A stretch of 64,000 nucleotides of DNA from Eledone cirrhosa (taxonomy: Eukaryota). Below, piece after piece: positions 1 through 15,000 of this stretch. A program made the translations under genes and the position numbers. Every line of letters begins with the position of its first letter. Position 1 is the stretch's first letter. The notes under the pieces were generated by a model. It worked only from the letters and a program-made list of their open reading frames with translations. It was not told where the DNA came from and did not search any database. Location: NCBI GenBank assembly GCA_964016885.1, contig OZ024742.1:100874001-100938000 (forward strand), written 5' to 3'.

Positions 1-3000
1 TGGTTGTGTGCTATCTGTGATGTTGATTGTAACAGCCAGGATGGTTGTGTGGTGTCTGTGATGTTGATTATAACAGCCAGGATAGTTGTGTGGTGTCTGT
101 GATGTTGGTTATAACAGCCAGGATGGTTGTGTGGTATCTGTGATGTTGATTGTAACAGCCAGGATGGTTGTGTGGTATCTGTGATGTTGGTTATAACAGT
201 CAGGATGGTTGTGTGATGTCTGTAATGTTGGTTGTAACAGTCAGGATGGTTGTGTGTTGTCTGATGTTGGTTATAACAGTCAGGATGGTTGTGTGGTATC
301 TGTGATGTTGGTTATAACAGTCAGGATGGTTGTGTGGTATCTGTGATGTTGGTTGTAACAGTCAGGATGGTTGTGTGGTGTCTGTGATGTTGGTTGTAAC
401 AGTCAGGATGGTTATGTGGTGTCTGTGATGTTGATTATAACAGTCAGGATGGTTGTGTGGTGTCTGTGATGTTTATTATAACAGTCAGGATGGTTGTGTT
501 GTGTCTGTGATGTTGATTATAACAGTCAGGATGGTTGTGTGGTATCTGTGATGTTGGTTGTAACAGTCAGGATGGTTGTGTGGTATCTGTGATGTTGATT
601 GTAACAGTCAGGATGGTTGTGTGCTATCTGTGATGTTGATTGTAACAGCCAGGATGGTTGTGTGGTGTCTGTGATGTTGATTATAACAGCCAGGATAGTT
701 GTGTGGTGTCTGTGATGTTGGTTATAACAGCCAGGATGGTTGTGTGGTATCTGTGATGTTGATTGTAACAGCCAGGATGGTTGTGTGGTATCTGTGATGT
801 TGGTTATAACAGTCAGGATGGATGTGTGATGCCTGTAATGTTGGTTGTAACAGCCAGGATGGTTGTGTGGTATCTGTGATGTTGGTTATAACAGTCAGGA
901 TGGTTGTGTGGTGTCTGTGATGTTGGTTATTACAGCGAGGATGGTTGTGTGGTATCTGTGATGTTGATTGTAACAGTCAGGATGGTTGTGTGCTATCTGT
1001 GATGTTGATTGTAACAGCCAGGATGGTTGTGTGGTGTCTGTGATGTTGGTTATAACAGCCAGGATGGTTGTGTGGTGTCTGTGATGTTGATTATAACAGC
1101 CAGGATGGTTGTGTGGTGTCTGTGATGTTGATTATACAGTCAGGATGGTTGTGTGGTATCTGTGATGTTGGTTATAACAGTCAGGATGGTTGTGTGGTAT
1201 CTGTGATGTTGGTTGTAACAGTCAAGATGGTTGTGTGGTGTCTGTGATGTTGGTTATAACAGACAGAATGGATGTGTGGTGTCTGTGATGTTGGTTGTAA
1301 CAGTCAGGATGGTTGTGTGGTGTCTGTGATGTTGATTATAACAGCCAGGATGGTTGTGTGGTGTCTGTGATGTTGGTTATAACAGTCAGGATGGTTGTGT
1401 GGTATCTGTGATGTTGGTTGTAACAGTCAGGATGGTTGTGTGGTGTCTGTGATGTTGGTTGTAACAGTCAGGATAGTTGTGTTGTATTTGTGATGTTGGT
1501 TGTAACAGTCAGGATGGTTGTGTGGTATCTGTAATGTTGGTTGTAACAGTCAGGATGGTTGTGTGGTGTCTGTGATGTTGATTATAACAGTCAGGATAGT
1601 TGTGTGGTATCTGTGATGTTGGTTATAACAGCCAGGATGGTTGTGTGGTATCTGTGATGTTGGTTATAACAGTCAGGATGGTTGTGTGGTGTCTGTGATG
1701 TTGGTTATTACAGCGAGGATGGTTGTGTGGTATCTGTGATGTTGGTTATAACAGTCAGGATGGTTGTGTGGTATCTGTGATGTTGGTTGTAACAGTCAGG
1801 ATGGTTGTGTGGTGTCTGTGATGTTGGTTATAACAGCCAGGATGGTTGTGTGGTATCTGTGATGTTGGTTATAACAGTCAGGATGGTTGTGTGGTATCTG
1901 TGATGTTGGTTGTAACAGTCAGGATGGTTGTGTGGTATCTGTGATGTTGGTTGTAACAGTCAGGATGGTTGTGTGGTATTTGTGATGTTGGTTATAACAG
2001 TCAGGATGGTTGTGTGGTGTCTGTGATGTTGGTTATAACAGTCAGGATAGTTGTGTGGTGTCTGTGATGTTGGTTGTAACAGTCAGGATGGTTGTGTGGT
2101 ATTTGTGATGTTGGTTATAACAGCCAGGATGGTTGTGTGGTGTCCGTGATGTTGGTTATAACAGTCAGGATAGTTGTGTGGTGTCTGTGATGTTGGTTGT
2201 AACAGTCAGGATGGTTGTGTGATGTCTGTGATGTTGATTATAACAGTCGGGATGGTTGTGTGGTATCTGTGATGTTGATTATAACAGTCAGGATGGTTGT
2301 GTGGTATCTGTGATGTTGGTTATAACAGTCAGGATGGTTGTGTGGTGTCTGTGATGTTGGTTATAACAGTCAGGGTGGTTGTGTGGTTTCTGTGATGTTG
2401 GTTATAACAGTCAGGATGGTTGTGTGGTGTCTGTGATGTTGGTTATAACAGTCAGGATGGTTGTGTGGTATCTGTGATGTTGGTTATAACAGTCAGGATG
2501 GTTGTGTGGTATCTGTGATGTTGATTATAACAGTCAGGGTGGTTGTGTGGTTTCTGTGATGTTGGTTATAACAGTCAGGATGGTTGTGTGGTGTCTGTGA
2601 TGTTGGTTATAACAGTCAGGTTGGTTGTGTGGTGTCTGTGATGTTGGTTATAACAGTCAGGATGGTTGTGTGGTATCTGTGATGTTGGTTATAACAATCA
2701 GGATGGTTATGTGGTGTCTGTGATGTTGATTATAACAGTCAGGATGGTTATGTGGTGTCTGTGATGTTGATTATAAGAGTCAGGATGGTTGTGTGGTGTC
2801 TGTGATGTTGATTATAACAGTCAGGATGGTTGTGTTGTGTCTGTGATGTTGATTATAACAGTCAGGATGGTTGTGTGGTGTCTGTGATGTTGGTTGTAAC
2901 AGTCAGGATGGTTGTGTGGTGTCTGTGATGTTGATTATAACAGCCAGGATGGTTGTGTGGTATTTGTGATGTTGGTTATAACAGCCAGGATAGTTGTGTG

Positions 3001-6000
3001 GTATCTGTGATGTTGGTTATAACAGTCAGGATGGTTGTGTGGTATCTGTGATGTTGGTTGTAACAGTCAGGATGGTTGTGTGGTATCTGTGATGTTGGTT
3101 GTAACAGTTAGGATGGTTGTGTGGTGTCTGTGATGTTGATTATAACAGTCAGGGTGGTTGTGTGGTTTCTGTGATGTTGGTTATAACAGTCAGGATGGTT
3201 GTGTGGTGTCTGTGATGTTGGTTATAACAGTCAGGATGGTTGTGTGGTGTCTGTGATGTTGGTTATAACAGTCAGGATGGTTGTGTGGTATCTGTGATGT
3301 TGGTTATAACAATCAGGATGGTTATGTGGTGTCTGTGATGTTGATTATAACAGTCAGGATGGTTATGTGGTGTCTGTGATGTTGATTATAAGAGTCAGGA
3401 TGGTTGTGTGGTGTCTGTGATGTTGATTATAACAGTCAGGATGGTTGTGTTGTGTCTGTGATGTTGATTATAACAGTCAGGATGGTTGTGTGGTGTCTGT
3501 GATGTTGGTTGTAACAGTCAGGGTGGTTGTGTGGTGTCTGTGATGTTGATTATAACAGCCAGGATGGTTGTGTGGTATTTGTGATATTGGTTATAACAGC
3601 CAGGATAGTTGTGTGGTATCTGTGATGTTGGTTATAACAGTCAGGATGGTTGTGTGGTATCTGTGATGTTGGTTGTAACAGTCAGGATGGTTGTGTGGTA
3701 TCTGTGATGTTGGTTGTAACAGTTAGGATGGTTGTGTGGTGTCTGTGATGTTGGTTATTACAGCGAGGATGGTTGTGTGGTATCTGTGATGTTGATTGTA
3801 ACAGTCAGGATGGTTGTGTGCTATCTGTGATGTTGATTGTAACAGCCAGGATGGTTGTGTGGTGTCTGTGATGTTGGTTATAACAGCCAGGATGGTTGTG
3901 TGGTGTCTGTGATGTTGATTATAACAGCCAGGATGGTTGTGTGGTGTCTGTGATGTTGATTATACAGTCAGGATGGTTGTGTGGTATCTGTGATGTTGGT
4001 TATAACAGTCAGGATGGTTGTGTGGTATCTGTGATGTTGGTTGTAACAGTCAAGATGGTTGTGTGGTGTCTGTGATGTTGGTTATAACAGTCAGAATGGA
4101 TGTGTGGTGTCTGTGATGTTGGTTGTAACAGTCAGGATGGTTGTGTGGTGTCTGTGATGTTGATTATAACAGCCAGGATGGTTGTGTGGTGTCTGTGATG
4201 TTGGTTATAACAGTCAGGATGGTTGTGTGGTATCTGTGATGTTGGTTGTAACAGTCAGGATGGTTGTGTGGTGTCTGTGATGTTGGTTGTAACAGTCAGG
4301 ATAGTTGTGTTGTATTTGTGATGTTGGTTGTAACAGTCAGGATGGTTGTGTGGTATCTGTAATGTTGGTTGTAACAGTCAGGATGGTTGTGTGGTGTCTG
4401 TGATGTTGATTATAACAGTCAGGATAGTTGTGTGGTATCTGTGATGTTGGTTATAACAGCCAGGATGGTTGTGTGGTATCTGTGATGTTGGTTATAACAG
4501 TCAGGATGGTTGTGTGGTGTCTGTGATGTTGGTTATTACAGCGAGGATGGTTGTGTGGTATCTGTGATGTTGGTTATAACAGTCAGGATGGTTGTGTGGT
4601 ATCTGTGATGTTGGTTGTAACAGTCAGGATGGTTGTGTGGTATCTGTGATGTTGGTTGTAACAGTCAGGATGGTTGTGTGGTATTTGTGATGTTGGTTAT
4701 AACAGTCAGGATGGTTGTGTGGTGTCTGTGATGTTGGTTATAACAGTCAGGATAGTTGTGTGGTGTCTGTGATGTTGGTTGTAACAGTCAGGATGGTTGT
4801 GTGGTATTTGTGATGTTGGTTATAACAGCCAGGATGGTTGTGTGGTGTCTGTGATGTTGGTTATAACAGTCAGGATAGTTGTGTGGTGTCTGTGATGTTG
4901 GTTGTAACAGTCAGGATGGTTGTGTGATGTCTGTGATGTTGATTATAACAGTCGGGATGGTTGTGTGGTATCTGTGATGTTGATTATAACAGTCAGGATG
5001 GTTGTGTGGTATCTGTGATGTTGGTTATAACAGTCAGGATGGTTGTGTGGTGTCTGTGATGTTGATTATAACAGTCAGGGTGGTTGTGTGGTTTCTGTGA
5101 TGTTGGTTATAACAGTCAGGATGGTTGTGTGGTGTCTGTGATGTTGGTTATAACAGTCAGGATGGTTGTGTGGTGTCCGTGATGTTGGTTATAACAGTCA
5201 GGATGGTTGTGTGGTATCTGTGATCTTGGTTATAACAATCAGGATGGTTATGTGGTGTCTGTGATGTTGATTATAACAGTCAGGATGTTTATGTGGTGTC
5301 TGTGATGTTGATTATAAGAGTCAGGATGGTTGTGTGGTGTCTGTGATGTTGATTATAACAGTCAGGATGGTTGTGTTGTGTCTGTGATGTTGATTATAAC
5401 AGTCAGGATGGTTGTGTGGTGTCTGTGATGTTGGTTGTAACAGTCAGGATGGTTGTGTGGTGTCTGTGATGTTGATTATAACAGCCAGGATGGTTGTGTG
5501 GTATTTGTGATGCTGGTTATAACAGCCAGGATAGTTGTGTGGTATCTGTGATGTTGGTTATAACAGTCAGGATGGTTGTGTGGTATCTGTGATGTTGGTT
5601 GTAACAGTCAGGATGGTTGTGTGGTATCTGTGATGTTGGTTGTAACAGTTAGGATGGTTGTGTGGTGTCTGTGATGTTGATTATAACAGTCAGGGTGGTT
5701 GTGTGGTTTCTGTGATGTTGGTTATAACAGTCAGGATGGTTGTGTGGTGTCTGTGATGTTGGTTATAACAGTCAGGATGGTTGTGTGGTGTCTGTGATGT
5801 TGGTTATAACAGTCAGGATGGTTGTGTGGTATCTGTGATGTTGGTTATAACAATCAGGATGGTTATGTGGTGTCTGTGATGTTGATTATAACAGTCAGGA
5901 TGGTTATGTGGTGTCTGTGATGTTGATTATAAGAGTCAGGATGGTTGTGTGGTGTCTGTGATGTTGATTATAACAGTCAGGATGGTTGTGTTGTGTCTGT

Positions 6001-9000
6001 GATGTTGATTATAACAGTCAGGATGGTTGTGTGGTGTCTGTGATGTTGGTTGTAACAGTCAGGGTGGTTGTGTGGTGTCTGTGATGTTGATTATAACAGC
6101 CAGGATGGTTGTGTGGTATTTGTGATGTTGGTTATAACAGCCAGGATAGTTGTGTGGTATCTGTGATGTTGGTTATAACAGTCAGGATGGTTGTGTGGTA
6201 TCTGTGATGTTGGTTGTAACAGTCAGGATGGTTGTGTGGTATCTGTGATGTTGGTTGTAACAGTTAGGATGGTTGTGTGGTGTCTGTGATGTTGATTATA
6301 ACAGTCAGGATGGTTGTGTGGTATCTGTGATGTTGGTTGTAACAGTCAGGATGGTTGTGTGGTATCTGTGATGTTGGTTGTAACAGTCAGGATGGTTGTG
6401 TGGTATCTGTGATGTTGGTTGTAACAGTCAGGGTGGTTGTGTGGTATCTGTGATGTTGGTTGTAACAGTCAGGATGGTTGTGTGGTATTTGTGATGTTGG
6501 TTGTAACAGTCAGGATGGTTGTGTGGTATCTGTGATGTTGATTGTAACAGCCAGGATGGTTGTGTGGTGTCTGTGATGTTGGTTGTAACAGTCAGGATGA
6601 TTGTGTGGTATCTGTGATGATGATTGTAACAGTCAGGATGGTTGTGTGGTGTCTGTGATGTTGGTTATAACAGTCAGGATGGTTGTGTGATGTCTGTGAT
6701 GTTGGTTATAACAGTCAGGATAGTTGTGTGGTGTCTGTGATGTTGGTTGTAACAGTCAGGATGGTTGTGTGGTGTCTGTGATGTTGATTATAACAGTCAG
6801 GATGGTTGTGTGGTGTCTGTGATGTTGGTTGTAACAGCCAGGATGGTTGTGTGGTATCTGTGATGTTGATTATAACAGTCAGGATGATCGTGTGGTGCCT
6901 GTGATGTTGATTATAACAGTCAGGATGGTTGTGTGGTGTCTGTGATGTTGGTTGTAACAGTCAGGATGGTTGTGTGATGTATGTGATGTTGGTTGTAATA
7001 GTCAGGATGGTTGTGTGGTATCTGTGATGTTGGTTGTAACAGCCAGGATGGTTGTGTGGTGTCTGTGATGTTGGTTATAACAGTCAGGATGGTTGTGTGG
7101 TGTCTGTGATGTTGATTATAACAGCCAGGATGGTTGTGTGGTGTCTGTGATGTTGGTTATAACAGTCAGGATGGTTGTGTGGTATCTGTGATGTTGGTTG
7201 TAACTGCCAGGATGGTTGTGTGGTGTCTGTGATGTTGGTGGTAACAGTCAGGATGGTTGTGTGGTGTCTGTGATGTTGATTATAACAGTCAGGATGGTTG
7301 TGTGGTGTCTGTGATGTTGATTATAACAGTCAGTATGGTTGTGTGGTGTCTGTGATGTTGATTATAACAGCCAGGATGGTTGTGTGGTGTCTGTGATGTT
7401 GATTATAACAGTCAGGATGGTTGTGTGGTGTCTGTGATGTTGATTATAACAGTCAGGATGGTTGTGTGGTGTCTGTGATGTTGATTATAAAAGTCAGGAT
7501 GGTTGTGTGGTGTCTGTGATGTTGATTATAACAGTCAGGATGGTTGTGTGGTGCCTGTGATGTTGGTTATAACAGTAAGGATGGTTGTGTGGTGTCTGAT
7601 GTTGGTTATAACAGTCAGGATGGTTGTGTGGTGTCTGTGATGTTGGTGGTAACAGTCAGGATGGTTGTGTGGTGTCTGTGATGTTGATTATAACAGTCAG
7701 GATGGTTGTGTGGTGTCTGTGATGTTGGTTATAACAGTCAGGATGGTTGTGTGGTGTCTGTGATGTTGGTGGTAACAGTCAGGATGGTTGTGTGGTGCCT
7801 GTGATGTTGGTTATAACAGTCAGGATGGTTGTGTGGTATCTGTGATGTTGGTTATAACAGTTAGGATGGTTGTGTGGTGTCTGTGATGTTGATTATAACA
7901 GTCAGGATGATTGTGTGGTATCTGTGATGTTGGTTGTAACAGTCAGGATGGTTGTGTGGTATCTGTGATGTTGGTTGTAACAGTCAGGATGGTTGTGTGG
8001 TGTCTGTGATGTTGGTTGTAACAGTCAGGATGATTGTGTGGTATCTGTGATGTTGATTGTAACAGTCAGGATAGTTGTGTGGTATCTGTAATGTTGGTTG
8101 TAACAGTCAGGATGGTTGTGTGGTGTCTGTGATGTTGGTTGTAACAGTCAGGATGGTTGTGTGGTGTCTGTGATGTTGATTATAACAGTCAGGATGATCG
8201 TGTGGTGCCTGTGATGTTGATTATAACAGTCAGGATAGTTGTGTGGTATCTGTAATGTTGGTTGTAACAGTCAGGATGGTTGTGTGGTGACTGTGATGTT
8301 GGTTGTAACAGTCAGGATGGTTGTGTGGTGTCTGTGATGTTGATTATAACAGTCAGGATGATCGTGTGGTGCCTGTGATGTTGATTATAACAGTCAGGAT
8401 AGTTGTGTGGTATCTGTAATGTTGGTTGTAACAGTCAGGATGGTTGTGTGATGTATGTGATGTTGGTTGTAATAGTCAGGATGGTTGTGTGGTATCTGTG
8501 ATGTTGGTTGTAACAGTCAGGATGGTTGTGTGGTATCTGTGATGTTGGTTGTAACTGCCAGGATGGTTGTGTGGTGTCTGTGATGTTGGTGGTAACAGTC
8601 AGGATGGTTGTGTGGTGTCTGTGATGTTGATTATAACAGTCAGGATGGTTGTGTGGTGCCTGTGATGTTGGTTATAACAGTAAGGATGGTTGTGTGGTGT
8701 CTGTGATGTTGGTTATAACAGTCAGGATGGTTGTGTGGTGTCTGTGATGTTGATTATAACAGTCAGGATGGTTGTGTGATGTCTGTGATGTTGATTATAA
8801 CAGTCAGGATGGTTGTGTGGTGTCTGTGATGTTGATTATAACAGTCAGGATGGTTGTGTGGTGTCTGTGATGTTGATTATAACAGTCAGGATGGTTGTGT
8901 GGTGTCTGTGATGTTGATTATAACAGTCAGGATGGTTGTGTGGTGTCTGTGATGTTGATTATAAGTCAGGATGGTTGTGTGGTGCCTGTGATGTTGGTTA

Positions 9001-12000
9001 TAACAGTAAGGATGGTTGTGTGGTGTCTGATGTTGGTTATAACAGTCAGGATGGTTGTGTGGTGTCTGTGATGTTGGTGGTAACAGTCAGGATGGTTGTG
9101 TGGTGTCTGTGATGTTGATTATAACAGTCAGGATGGTTGTGTGGTGTCTGTGATGTTGGTTATAACAGTCAGGATGGTTGTGTGGTGTCTGTGATGTTGG
9201 TGGTAACAGTCAGGATGGTTGTGTGGTGCCTGTGATGTTGGTTATAACAGTCAGGATGGTTGTGTGGTATCTGTGATGTTGGTTATAACAATCAGGATGG
9301 TTATGTGGTGTCTGTGATGTTGATTATAACAGTCAGGATGGTTATGTGGTGTCTGTGATGTTGATTATAACAGTCAGGATGGTTGTGTGTTGTCTCTGAT
9401 GTTGATTATAACAGTCAGGATAGTTGTGTGGTATCTGTAATGTTGGTTGTAACAGTCAGGATGGTTGTGTGGTGTCTGTGATGTTGGTTATAACAGTCAG
9501 GATGGTTGTGTGGTGTCTGTGATGTTGGTTGTAACAGTCAGGATAGTTGTGTGGTATTTGTGATGTTGGTTGTAACAGTCAGGATGGTTGTGTGGTATCT
9601 GTAATGTTGGTTGTAACAGTCAGGATGGTTGTGTGGTGTCTGTGATGTTGATTATAACAGTCAGGATAGTTGTGTGGTTTCTGTGATGTTGGTTGTAACA
9701 GTCAGGATGGTTGTGTGGTATCTGTGATGTTGGTTGTAACAGTCAGGATGGTTGTGTGGTATTTGTGATGTTGGTTATAACAGTCAGGATGGTTGTGTGG
9801 TGTCTGTGATGTTGGTTATAACAGCCAGGATGGTTGTGTGGTGTCCGTGATGTTGGTTATAACAGTCAGGATAGTTGTGTGGTGTCTGTGATGTTGGTTG
9901 TAACAGTCAGGATGGTTGTGTGATGTCTGTGATGTTGATTATAACAGTCGGGATGGTTGTGTGGTATCTGTGATGTTGATTATAACAGTCAGGATGGTTG
10001 TGTGGTATCTGTGATGTTGGTTATAACAGTCAGGATGGTTGTGTGGTGTCTGTGATGTTGATTATAACAGTCAGGGTGGTTGTGTGGTTTCGGTGATGTT
10101 GGTTATAACAGTCAGGATGGTTGTGTGGTGTCTGTGATGTTGGTTATAACAGTCAGGATGGTTGTGTGGTGTCTGTGATGTTGGTTATAACAGTCAGGAT
10201 GGTTATGTGGTGTCTGTTATGTTGATTATAACAGTCAGGATGGTTATGTTGTGTCTGTGATGTTGATTATAACAGTCAGGATGGTTGTGTGGTGTCTGTG
10301 ATGTTGGTTATAACAGTCAGGATGGTTGTGTGGTATCTGTGATGTTGGTTATAACAATCAGGATGGTTATGTGGTGTCTGTTATGTTGATTATAACAGTC
10401 AGGATGGTTATGTTGTGTCTGTGATGTTGATTATAACAGTCAGGATGGTTGTGTGGTGTCTGTGATGTTGATTATAACAGTCAGGATGGTTGTGTTGTGT
10501 CTGTGATGTTGATTATAACAGTCAGGATGGTTGTGTGGTGTCTGTGATGTTGGTTGTAACAGTCAGGATGGTTGTGTGGTGTCTGTGATGTTGATTATAA
10601 CAGCCAGGATGGTTGTGTGGTATTTGTGATGTTGGTTATAACAGCCAGGATGGTTGTGTGGTATTTGTGATGTTGGTTATAACAGCCAGGATAGTTGTGT
10701 GGTATCTGTGATGTTGGTTATAACAGTCAGGATGGTTGTGTGGTATCTGTGATGTTGGTTGTAACAGTCAGGATGGTTGTGTGGTATCTGTGATGTTGGT
10801 TGTAACAGTTAGGATGGTTGTGTGGTGTCTGTGATGTTGATTATAACAGCCAGGATGGTTGTGTGGTGTCTGTGATGTTGATTATACAGTCGGGATGGTT
10901 GTCTGGTGTCTGTGATGTTGGTGGTAACAGTCAGGATGGTTGTGTGGTATCTGTGATGTTGGTTGTAACAGTCAGGATGGTTGTGTGGTGTCTGTGATGT
11001 TGATTATAACAGCCAGGATGGTTGTGTGGTGTCTGTGATGTTGATTATAACAGCCAGGATGGTTGTGTGGTGTCTGTGATGTTGATTATACAGTCGGGAT
11101 GGTTGTCTGGTGTCTGTGATGTTGGTGGTAACAGTCAGGATGGTTGTGTGGTATCTGTGATGTTGGTTATAACAGTCAGGATGGTTGTGTGGTATCTGTG
11201 ATGTTGGTTGTAACAGTCAAGATGGTTGTGTGGTGTCTGTGATGTTGGTTATAACAGTCAGAATGGTTGTGTGGTGTCTGTGATGTTGGTTGTAACAGTC
11301 AGGATGGTTGTGTGGTGTCTGTGATGTTGATTGTAACAGCCAGGATGGTTGTGTGGTGTCTGTGATGTTGGTTATAACAGTCAGGATGGTTGTGTGGTAT
11401 CTGTGATGTTGGTTGTAACAGTCAGGATGGTTGTGTGGTATCTGTGATGTTGATTGTAACAGTCAGGATGGTTGTGTGCTATCTGTGATGTTGATTGTAA
11501 CTGCCAGGATGGTTGTGTGGTGTCCGTGATGTTGATTATAACAGCCAGGATGGTTGTGTGGTATCTGTGATGTTGGTTGTAACAGTCAGGATGGTTGTGT
11601 GGTGTCTGTGATGTTGGTTGTAACAGTCAGGATGGTTGTGTGGTGTCTGTGATGTTGGTTGTAACAGTCAGGATAGTTGTGTGGTATTTGTGATGTTGGT
11701 TGTAACAGTCAGGATGGTTGTGTGGTATCTGTAATGTTGGTTGTAACAGTCAGGATGGTTGTGTGGTGTCTGTGATGTTGATTATAACAGTCAGGATAGT
11801 TGTGTGGTATCTGTGATGTTGGTTATAACAGCCAGGATGGTTGTGTGGTATCTGTGATGTTGGTTATAACAGTCAGGATGGTTGTGTGGTGTCTGTGATG
11901 TTGGTTATTACAGCGAGGATGGTTGTGTGGTATCTGTGATGTTGGTTATAACAGTCAGGATGGTTGTGTGGTATCTGTGATGTTGGTTGTAACAGTCAGG

Positions 12001-15000
12001 ATGGTTGTGTGGTGTCTGTGATGTTGGTTATAACAGCCAGGATGGTTGTGTGGTATCTGTGATGTTGGTTATAACAGTCAGGATGGTTGTGTGGTATCTG
12101 TGATGTTGGTTGTAACAGTCAGGATGGTTGTGTGGTATCTGTGATGTTGGTTGTAACAGCCAGGATGGTTGTGTGGTGTCCGTGATGTTGGTTATAACAG
12201 TCAGGATAGTTGTGTGGTGTCTGTGATGTTGGTTGTAACAGTCATGATGGTTGTGTGATGTCTGTGATGTTGATTATAACAGTCGGGATGGTTGTGTGGT
12301 ATCTGTGATGTTGATTATAACAGCCAGGATGGTTGTGTGGTATTTGTGATGTTGGTTATAACAGCCAGGATAGTTGTGTGGTATCTGTGATGTTGGTTAT
12401 AACAGTCAGGATGGTTGTGTGGTATCTGTGATGTTGGTTGTAACAGTCAGGATGGTTGAGTGGTATCTGTGATGTTGGTTGTAACAGTTAGGATGGTTGT
12501 GTGGTGTCTGTGATGTTGATTATAACAGTCAGGATGATTGTGTGGTATCTGTGATGTTGGTTGTAACAGTCAGGATGGTTGTGTGGTATCTGTGATGTTG
12601 GTTGTAACAGTCAGGATGGTTGTGTGGTATCTGTGATGTTGGTTGTAACAGTCAGGATGGTTGTGTGGTGTCTGTGATGTTGGTTGTAACAGTCAGGATG
12701 ATTGTGTGGTATCTGTGATGTTGATTGTAACAGTCAGGATGGTTGTGTGGTGTCTGTGATGTTGGTTATAACAGTCAGGATGGTTGTGTGGTGTCTGTGA
12801 TGTTGGTTATAACAGTCAGGATGGTTGTGTGATGTCTGTGATGTTGGTTATAACAGTCAGGATAGTTGTGTGGTGTCTGTGATGTTGATTATAACAGTCA
12901 GGATAGTTGTGTGGTATCTGTGATGTTGGTTGTAACAGTCAGGATGGTTGTGTGGTATCTGTGATGTTGGTTGTAACAGTCAGGATGGTTGTGTGGTGTC
13001 CGTGATGTTGGTTATAACAGTCAGGATAGTTGTGTGGTGTCTGTGATGTTGGTTGTAACAGTCAGGATGGTTGTGTGATGTCTGTGATGTTGATTATAAC
13101 AGTCGGGATGGTTGTGTGGTATCTGTGATGTTGATTATAACAGTCAGGATGGTTGTGTGGTATCTGTGATGTTGGTTATAACAGTCAGGATGGTTGTGTG
13201 GTGTCTGTGATGTTGATTATAACAGTCAGGGTGGTTGTGTGGTTTCTGTGATGTTGGTTATAACAGTCAGGATGGTTGTGTGGTGTCTGTGATGTTGGTT
13301 ATAACAGTCAGGATGGTTGTGTGGTGTCTGTGATGTTGGTTATAACAGTCAGGATGGTTGTGTGGTATCTGTGATGTTGGTTATAACAATCAGGATGGTT
13401 ATGTGGTGTCTGTTATGTTGATTATAACAGTCAGGATGGTTATGTGGTGTCTGTGATGTTGATTATAACAGTCAGGATGGTTGTGTGGTGTCTGTGATGT
13501 TGATTATAACAGTCAGGATGGTTGTGTTGTGTCTGTGATGTTGATTATAACAGTCAGGATGGTTGTGTGGTGTCTGTGATGTTGGTTGTAACAGTCAGGA
13601 TGGTTGTGTGGTGTCTGTGATGTTGATTATAACAGCCAGGATGGTTGTGTGGTATTTGTGATGTTGGTTATAACAGCCAGGATAGTTGTTTGGTATCTGT
13701 GATGTTGGTTATAACAGTCAGGATGGTTGTGTGGTATCTGTGATGTTGGTTGTAACAGTCAGGATGGTTGTGTGGTATCTGTGATGTTGGTTGTAACAGT
13801 TAGGATGGTTGTGTGGTGTCTGTGATGTTGATTATAACAGCCAGGATGGTTGTGTGGTGTCTGTGATTTTTATTATACAGTCGGGATGGTTGTCTGGTGT
13901 CTGTGATGTTGGTGGTAACAGTCAGGATGGATGTGTGGTATCTGTGATGTTGGTTGTAACAGTCAGGATGGTTGTGTGGTGTCTGTGATGTTGATTATAA
14001 CAGCCAGGATGGTTGTGTGGTGTCTGTGATGTTGATTATAACAGCCAGGATGGTTGTGTGGTGTCTGTGATGTTGATTATACAGTCGGGATGGTTGTCTG
14101 GTGTCTGTGATGTTGGTGGTAACAGTCAGGATGGTTGTGTGGTATCTGTGATGTTGGTTATAACAGTCAGGATGGTTGTGTGGTATCTGTGATGTTGGTT
14201 GTAACAGTCAAGATGGTTGTGTGGTGTCTGTGATGTTGGTTATAACAGTCAGAATGGTTGTGTTGTGTCTGTGATGTTGGTTGTAACAGTCAGGATGGTT
14301 GTGTGGTGTCTGTGATGTTGATTATAACAGCCAGGATGGTTGTGTGGTGTCTGTGATGTTGATTGTAACAGCCAGGATGGTTGTGTGGTGTCTGTGATGT
14401 TGGTTATAACAGTCAGGATGGTTGTGTGGTATCTGTGATGTTGGTTGTAACAGTCAGGATGGTTGTGTGGTATCTGTGATGTTGATTGTAACAGTCAGGA
14501 TGGTTGTCTGCTATCTGTGATGTTGATTGTAACTGCCAGGATGGTTGTGTGGTGTCCGTGATGTTGATTATAACAGCCAGGATAGTTGTGTGGTGTCTGT
14601 GATGTTGGTTATAACAGCCAGAATGGTTGTGTGGTATCTGTGATGTTGATTGTAACAGCCAGGATGGTTGTGTGGTATCTGTGATGTTGGTTATAACAGT
14701 CAGGATGGTTGTGTGATGTCTGTAATGTTGGTTATAACAGTCAGGATGGTTGTGTGGTGTCTGTGATGTTGGTTATAACAGTCAGGATGGTTGTGTGGTA
14801 TCTGTGATGTTGGTTGTAACAGTCAGGATGGTTGTGTGGTGTCTGTGATGTTGGTTGTAACAGTCAGGATGGTTGTGTGGTGTCTGTGATGTTGGTTGTA
14901 ACAGTCAGGATAGTTGTGTGGTATTTGTGATGTTGGTTGTAACAGTCAGGATGGTTGTGTGGTATCTGTAATGTTGGTTGTAACAGTCAGGATGGTTGTG